DNA of 64,000 nucleotides from Azolla caroliniana (taxonomy: Eukaryota > Plantae > Polypodiophyta). Shown one piece after another: positions 60,122 to 64,000 of the stretch. The stretch's first letter is position 1, and every line of letters starts with the position of its first letter. Under the pieces are notes generated by a model. It did not search any database and was not told where the DNA came from. It saw only the letters and a program-made list of their open reading frames with translations. The stretch is from the NCBI GenBank assembly GCA_043228905.1, contig JBHGNT010000008.1, forward strand, positions 10,230,001 to 10,294,000, in the 5' to 3' direction. Position numbers and translations under genes: made by a program.

Positions 60122-63100
60122 TGTTACGGGCATGACCATATAATATCCCGTGGTAAGAATTTACCGTAGTATTCTTTACACTCTCGTTTAACCCTCACAC
60201 TTGAACAACAACAACTTGATGAAATCTTAAATGATTTTCATGATGTTTTTCCAAGTGAACTACCTGATGGGTTACCTCCTAAACGTAATATAGACCATCG
60301 TATAGATATTGTACCTGGTGTTGCACCAATAAGTATACCTCCGTATCGCTTAAGTCGATCCGAAGAAGATGAGGTATCTAAGCAACTCAAGGACTATTTA
60401 CGAATGGGTTATATACGTTATAGTAAATCTCCATGGGGTGCACCAGTTCTCTTGGTTAAAAAGAAAGAGGGCACATGGCGTATGTGTATTAATTACCGAC
60501 GCTTGAATAAAGTGACAATCAAGAATTCGTATCCATTGCCCCGGGCTGACGATCTAATTGACCGTCTCCAGGGAGCTCGGTATTTTACGAAACTCGATCT
60601 CCGTATTGGCTACCATCAAATACGAATAAGTGAGGACGATGTTCCTAAAACGACATTTCGTACGCGCTATGGCCATTACGAGTTTTTGGTTATGCCTTTT
60701 GGTTTGACCAATGCTCCGGCTACTTTTCAACAAGAAATGAATGACATTTTCCGAGAACAACTTGGAAAATTTGTCGTTATTTTCTTGGATGATATTTTAG
60801 TTTATAGCCGTACATTACAAGAACATGCTAGACATGTCCATTTTGTTTTACAAACATTGCGTGACAAACAGTTTTATGCGAAGATCTCAAAATGTGAGTT
60901 CTTCAAGAAATCAATTACTTATCTAGGACATCTCATAACCGAACGAGGAGTTGAAATTGATCCTTCTCGCATTGAGAAAATCAAGCTTTGGCCCACTCTT
61001 CGGAATATTCGAGAAGTTCGATCATTCCTTGGTTTTGTGGGGTTTTTGCGAAAGTCTCTTCGTAATTACTCCCAATTGACGACGCCGTTTACTGATCTTT
61101 TAAAAGGTCAAACGCGTAAGTCTACAAAACCTATTGTGTGGAATGCTACACTAGACCTTGCCTTTAAGGAACTCAAGGACCTGGTTTGCAAGGCTCCTTC
61201 ACTTCTTTTACCCGATCCTTCAAAACCTTTTGAGGTTGAAACCGATGCAAGCGATTATGCTATAGGTGCTGTCTTATATCAAGATGGTAAACCAATAGCA
61301 TTCGAGAGTAAGAAACTTGATTCTGCTCAATGTCGGTATACTGTTCAAGAAAAGGAATTATTTGCAGTTATACATGCGCTCAAAACATGGCGCCATTATC
61401 TTTATGGAAATCACTTTGTGGTAACTACGGACCACGAGTCCTTGAAATATTTTTGTGACCAACAAGACCTGAAAGGTCGTAAGGCACGATGGGCTGAGCT
61501 CATCCAGGACTTTGATTTTTCCATACGATATCATAAAGGTTCCATGAACATTGTCGCTGATGCACTAAGTCGCATCCGTGAAGTTAACATGCTTAGCTTC
61601 ACTGCAATATCATCAGATCTTTATGATCACCTTCGAGGAAAGTATCCTGATGACAGTTATTTCGCAAAATACTGGGCAAGAGTTGAGTCTGGAACAGACA
61701 CCACCACATCCTCGAAGGAATACTTCCACATTGCTAATGGTTTGCTCTACCGTAATGGGAAGGTTTGTGTTCCAAATTTACCTAAGGTCAAAAAGAGGAT
61801 TCTTTTTGAATGCCATGATGCACCCTCAGCAGGGCACCCTGGAATACATCGTACACTCGTTCTCATCTCCACTCAATTTTATTGGCCTAAGATGCGTCCT
61901 GACATACATAGCTATGTGACTAAATGTCACCAGTGTCAGGTTAACAAAGCCGAGCGACTTAAAGCCGCAGGACTTTTACATCCCTTGGACAATCCCAATA
62001 ATAAGTGGGAAAGTATATCCATGGATTTTATTGTTAGCCTTCCTCGCACCCAAAAAGGTCATGATGCCATCTGGGTTGTCGTCAATCGACTAACTAAAAT
62101 GGCCAGATTTATTGCTACTAAAACCACGGTAACAGCTCCTGAATTGGCTTACCAATTCGTTGACGAATTGTTTCGTTTTTATGGGTTATCGATGGATATC
62201 GTGAGTGATCGAGATCCAAAGTTTACTAGTGACTTCTGGACACAAGTCTTTAAGAAGTTAGAAACTACGTTGAGCATGAGCTCCACGGATCATCCTCAAT
62301 CCGATGGACAGACAGAACGAGTAAATCAAATTATTGAGGACATGCTTCGAGCATACGTTGGTGCAAAACCAACAAAATGGGAACGTTATCTCCCAATTTT
62401 GGAGTTTGCTTATAATAGCTCCAAGCATACGTCGACGGGATATAGTCCGTTTATGTTGATGTATGGTTTTCAGCCACGAGCCCCGATTGATGTTAATATA
62501 CCTCCTGATGAGTTGCGAAGTACGCAAAACTTTCTTCAGGATATGCAAGATATGTTGCATATTGCACGAGATAATATAAAAACAGCTCAAGATAGAGCGC
62601 GTTTTTATGCCGATCATCATAGGCAACCTCGTATATTCAACCCTGGACAGAAGGTATTTTTACGTGTACCTCACAATTCTAAGACATTGTCTACGGGTAA
62701 GTGCGCTAAGTTAGCCTCACGGTTTTGTGGACCTTTTACAGTCCTCAAACGCATTGGGTCATCAGCCTATCGTCTCGCTCTTCCTGATGGTGTCGGAATT
62801 CATCCAGTCTTTCATGTGAGTCGTCTAAAAGAACTTCTAGGTTCTGGCGACAATACAGTTACGACTGAAACTCTGGTTACTTCTGAAGAATTATCTTCTA
62901 AACCACATGTACCAGAAAGAATTCTCGATGTTAAAACAAAAAAATTACGTACTAAAGAAATCCGAGAATTTAAAATAAAATGGATGGATAAATCAATAAA
63001 AGATGCCACATGGGAACACGAAAATACTCTTAGAACTAACTTCCCTAACTTTCCATTGCAAGAGTGCAATGTTTTAAAGAGGGGGAGTATGTTACGGGCA

Positions 63101-63558
63101 TGACCATATAATATCCCGTGGTAAGAATTTACCATAGTATTCTATACACGTGGATAAGTGTGAGGGTTAAACGAGAGTGTAAAGAAGGGGAGGATTACTT
63201 TTAATCCTCGGGATTGAGACAACCCATTAGGTCAAGTGTGAACTTGCCTGGGGGCCTTGGGTATCGCTATAAATAAGAGGCCTAGCTACCCTCATTTGAT
63301 CATCTTTTGAACTACATCGAGACTCTGCTCGTGTGGTGGGTCAACTCTTGTAGCGAGTGCGCCAGCACCAGGTACGACTCGACGCCACGGCGGTGGTATG
63401 GGACACCGATCGAGGCTCGAGTCCGTCTCGATCCCTTCGCTCGGGGGTGGTCGGGTGGATCAGCACCCTTCTTTCTCTTTCTCCTTTCTATCTTTCATTT
63501 CTTTATCCTTATCTTAAGCTTACTTTAGTACCTAGATCTATAATAAGTGTACCATACA
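60122..63558 (+). mobile_element. Chromoviral Ty3/Gypsy element K lacking most of the 5' LTR, PBS, gag and protease
   Basis: LTR start TGTTACGGGCATGACC at 60122 and 63090; PPT AAAGAGGGGGAG just before 63090; LTR end about 63558. Confidence 0.9.
60203..63103 (+). CDS. Uninterrupted RT-RNase H-integrase-chromodomain frame of K (5'-truncated pol; first ATG 60404)
   Basis: [58 protein letters not shown]...IKW...ATWE; the frame ends inside the 3' LTR. Confidence 0.92.
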   Translation, partial: EQQQLDEILNDFHDVFPSELPDGLPPKRNIDHRIDIVPGVAPISIPPYRLSRSEEDEVSKQLKDYLRMGYIRYSKSPWGAPVLLVKKKEGTWRMCINYRRLNKVTIKNSYPLPRADDLIDRLQGARYFTKLDLRIGYHQIRISEDDVPKTTFRTRYGHYEFLVMPFGLTNAPATFQQEMNDIFREQLGKFVVIFLDDILVYSRTLQEHARHVHFVLQTLRDKQFYAKISKCEFFKKSITYLGHLITERGVEIDPSRIEKIKLWPTLRNIREVRSFLGFVGFLRKSLRNYSQLTTPFTDLLKGQTRKSTKPIVWNATLDLAFKELKDLVCKAPSLLLPDPSKPFEVETDASDYAIGAVLYQDGKPIAFESKKLDSAQCRYTVQEKELFAVIHALKTWRHYLYGNHFVVTTDHESLKYFCDQQDLKGRKARWAELIQDFDFSIRYHKGSMNIVADALSRIREVNMLSFTAISSDLYDHLRGKYPDDSYFAKYWARVESGTDTTTSSKEYFHIANGLLYRNGKVCVPNLPKVKKRILFECHDAPSAGHPGIHRTLVLISTQFYWPKMRPDIHSYVTKCHQCQVNKAERLKAAGLLHPLDNPNNKWESISMDFIVSLPRTQKGHDAIWVVVNRLTKMARFIATKTTVTAPELAYQFVDELFRFYGLSMDIVSDRDPKFTSDFWTQVFKKLETTLSMSSTDHPQSDGQTERVNQIIEDMLRAYVGAKPTKWERYLPILEFAYNSSKHTSTGYSPFMLMYGFQPRAPIDVNIPPDELRSTQNFLQDMQDMLHIARDNIKTAQDRARFYADHHRQPRIFNPGQKVFLRVPHNSKTLSTGKCAKLASRFCGPFTVLKRIGSSAYRLALPDGVGIHPVFHVSRLKELLGSGDNTVTTETLVTSEELSSKPHVPERILDVKTKKLRTKEIREFKIKWMDKSIKDATWEHENTLRTNFPNFPLQECNVLKRGSMLRA

Positions 63559-63624
63559 TTTTTTGCTTGTGGTATCCCCTCTGCTCATTGTCCTTGTTGT
63601 GACCCCTTTGCAATGAACAAGCAA

Positions 63625-64000
63625 TGACCTCGGCACACGGTATTAGAGATATGATCTAATATAAGTGTATGATAAGGAGAAGAGAATGATAGATAGATAG
63701 ATGGAAAGGAGAGAGAGAAAGAAGGGTGTGGATCCACCCGGCCACCCCCGAGCGAAGGGATCGAGGCGGACTCGAGCCTCGATCAACGTCCCATACCACC
63801 GTCGTGGCGTCGAGTCGTACCTGGTGCTGGCGCGCTCGCTACAAGAGTTGAACCACTACGAAACAGAGTCTCGACGTAGTCAAAAGATGATGAAATGAGG
63901 GTAGCTAGGCCTCTTATTTATAGCGATACCCAAGGCCCCCAGGCAAGTTCATACTTTGCCTAATGGGTTGTCTCAATCGTCATGATTAAAAGTAATCCTC
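63625..64000 (-). repeat. Second, diverged K-family LTR in inverted orientation, running off the window
   Basis: 63717-64000 is the reverse complement of about 63190-63480 with scattered substitutions. Confidence 0.9.

Noticed and set aside
63625-64000. Assembly fold-back artefact
   Set aside because: The inverted copy differs by many substitutions and has a different U5 region, so it is a separate LTR

Overview
Eukaryotic, land-plant-type heterochromatic DNA made almost entirely of nested LTR retrotransposons. The Tcn1-like chromovirus and the tRNA-Trp-primed, 4-bp-TSD Gypsy suggest a non-seed plant, but this is an inference. Nest 1 (1-24939): a Gypsy LTR hosts Copia B (minus). B hosts Gypsy D (plus), D hosts young Copia C (minus), and Copia A sits in B's 3' LTR. 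Then come degenerate Copia E and J, a decayed hAT transposase with solo LTRs, and a ~478-bp tandem array. Nest 2 (39543-56230): Copia F hosts a solo LTR, Copia I and chromoviral Gypsy G, and G hosts a solo LTR. The right end has a hAT MITE, one probable host gene (two exons, small secreted protein, 58171-58610, minus) and a rearranged chromoviral Gypsy K followed by an inverted LTR. Most notable: (i) antisense tRNA-like A/B-box modules upstream of the TATA box in LTRs of two, possibly three, unrelated Gypsy families; (ii) a slippery site plus H-type pseudoknot predicting a -1 frameshift between protease and RT in D; (iii) a post-RNase H extension between duplicated PPTs in the B/I family; (iv) a 3' LTR of E extended through the PBS. 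All coordinates and comparisons were made by eye. No searches were run.
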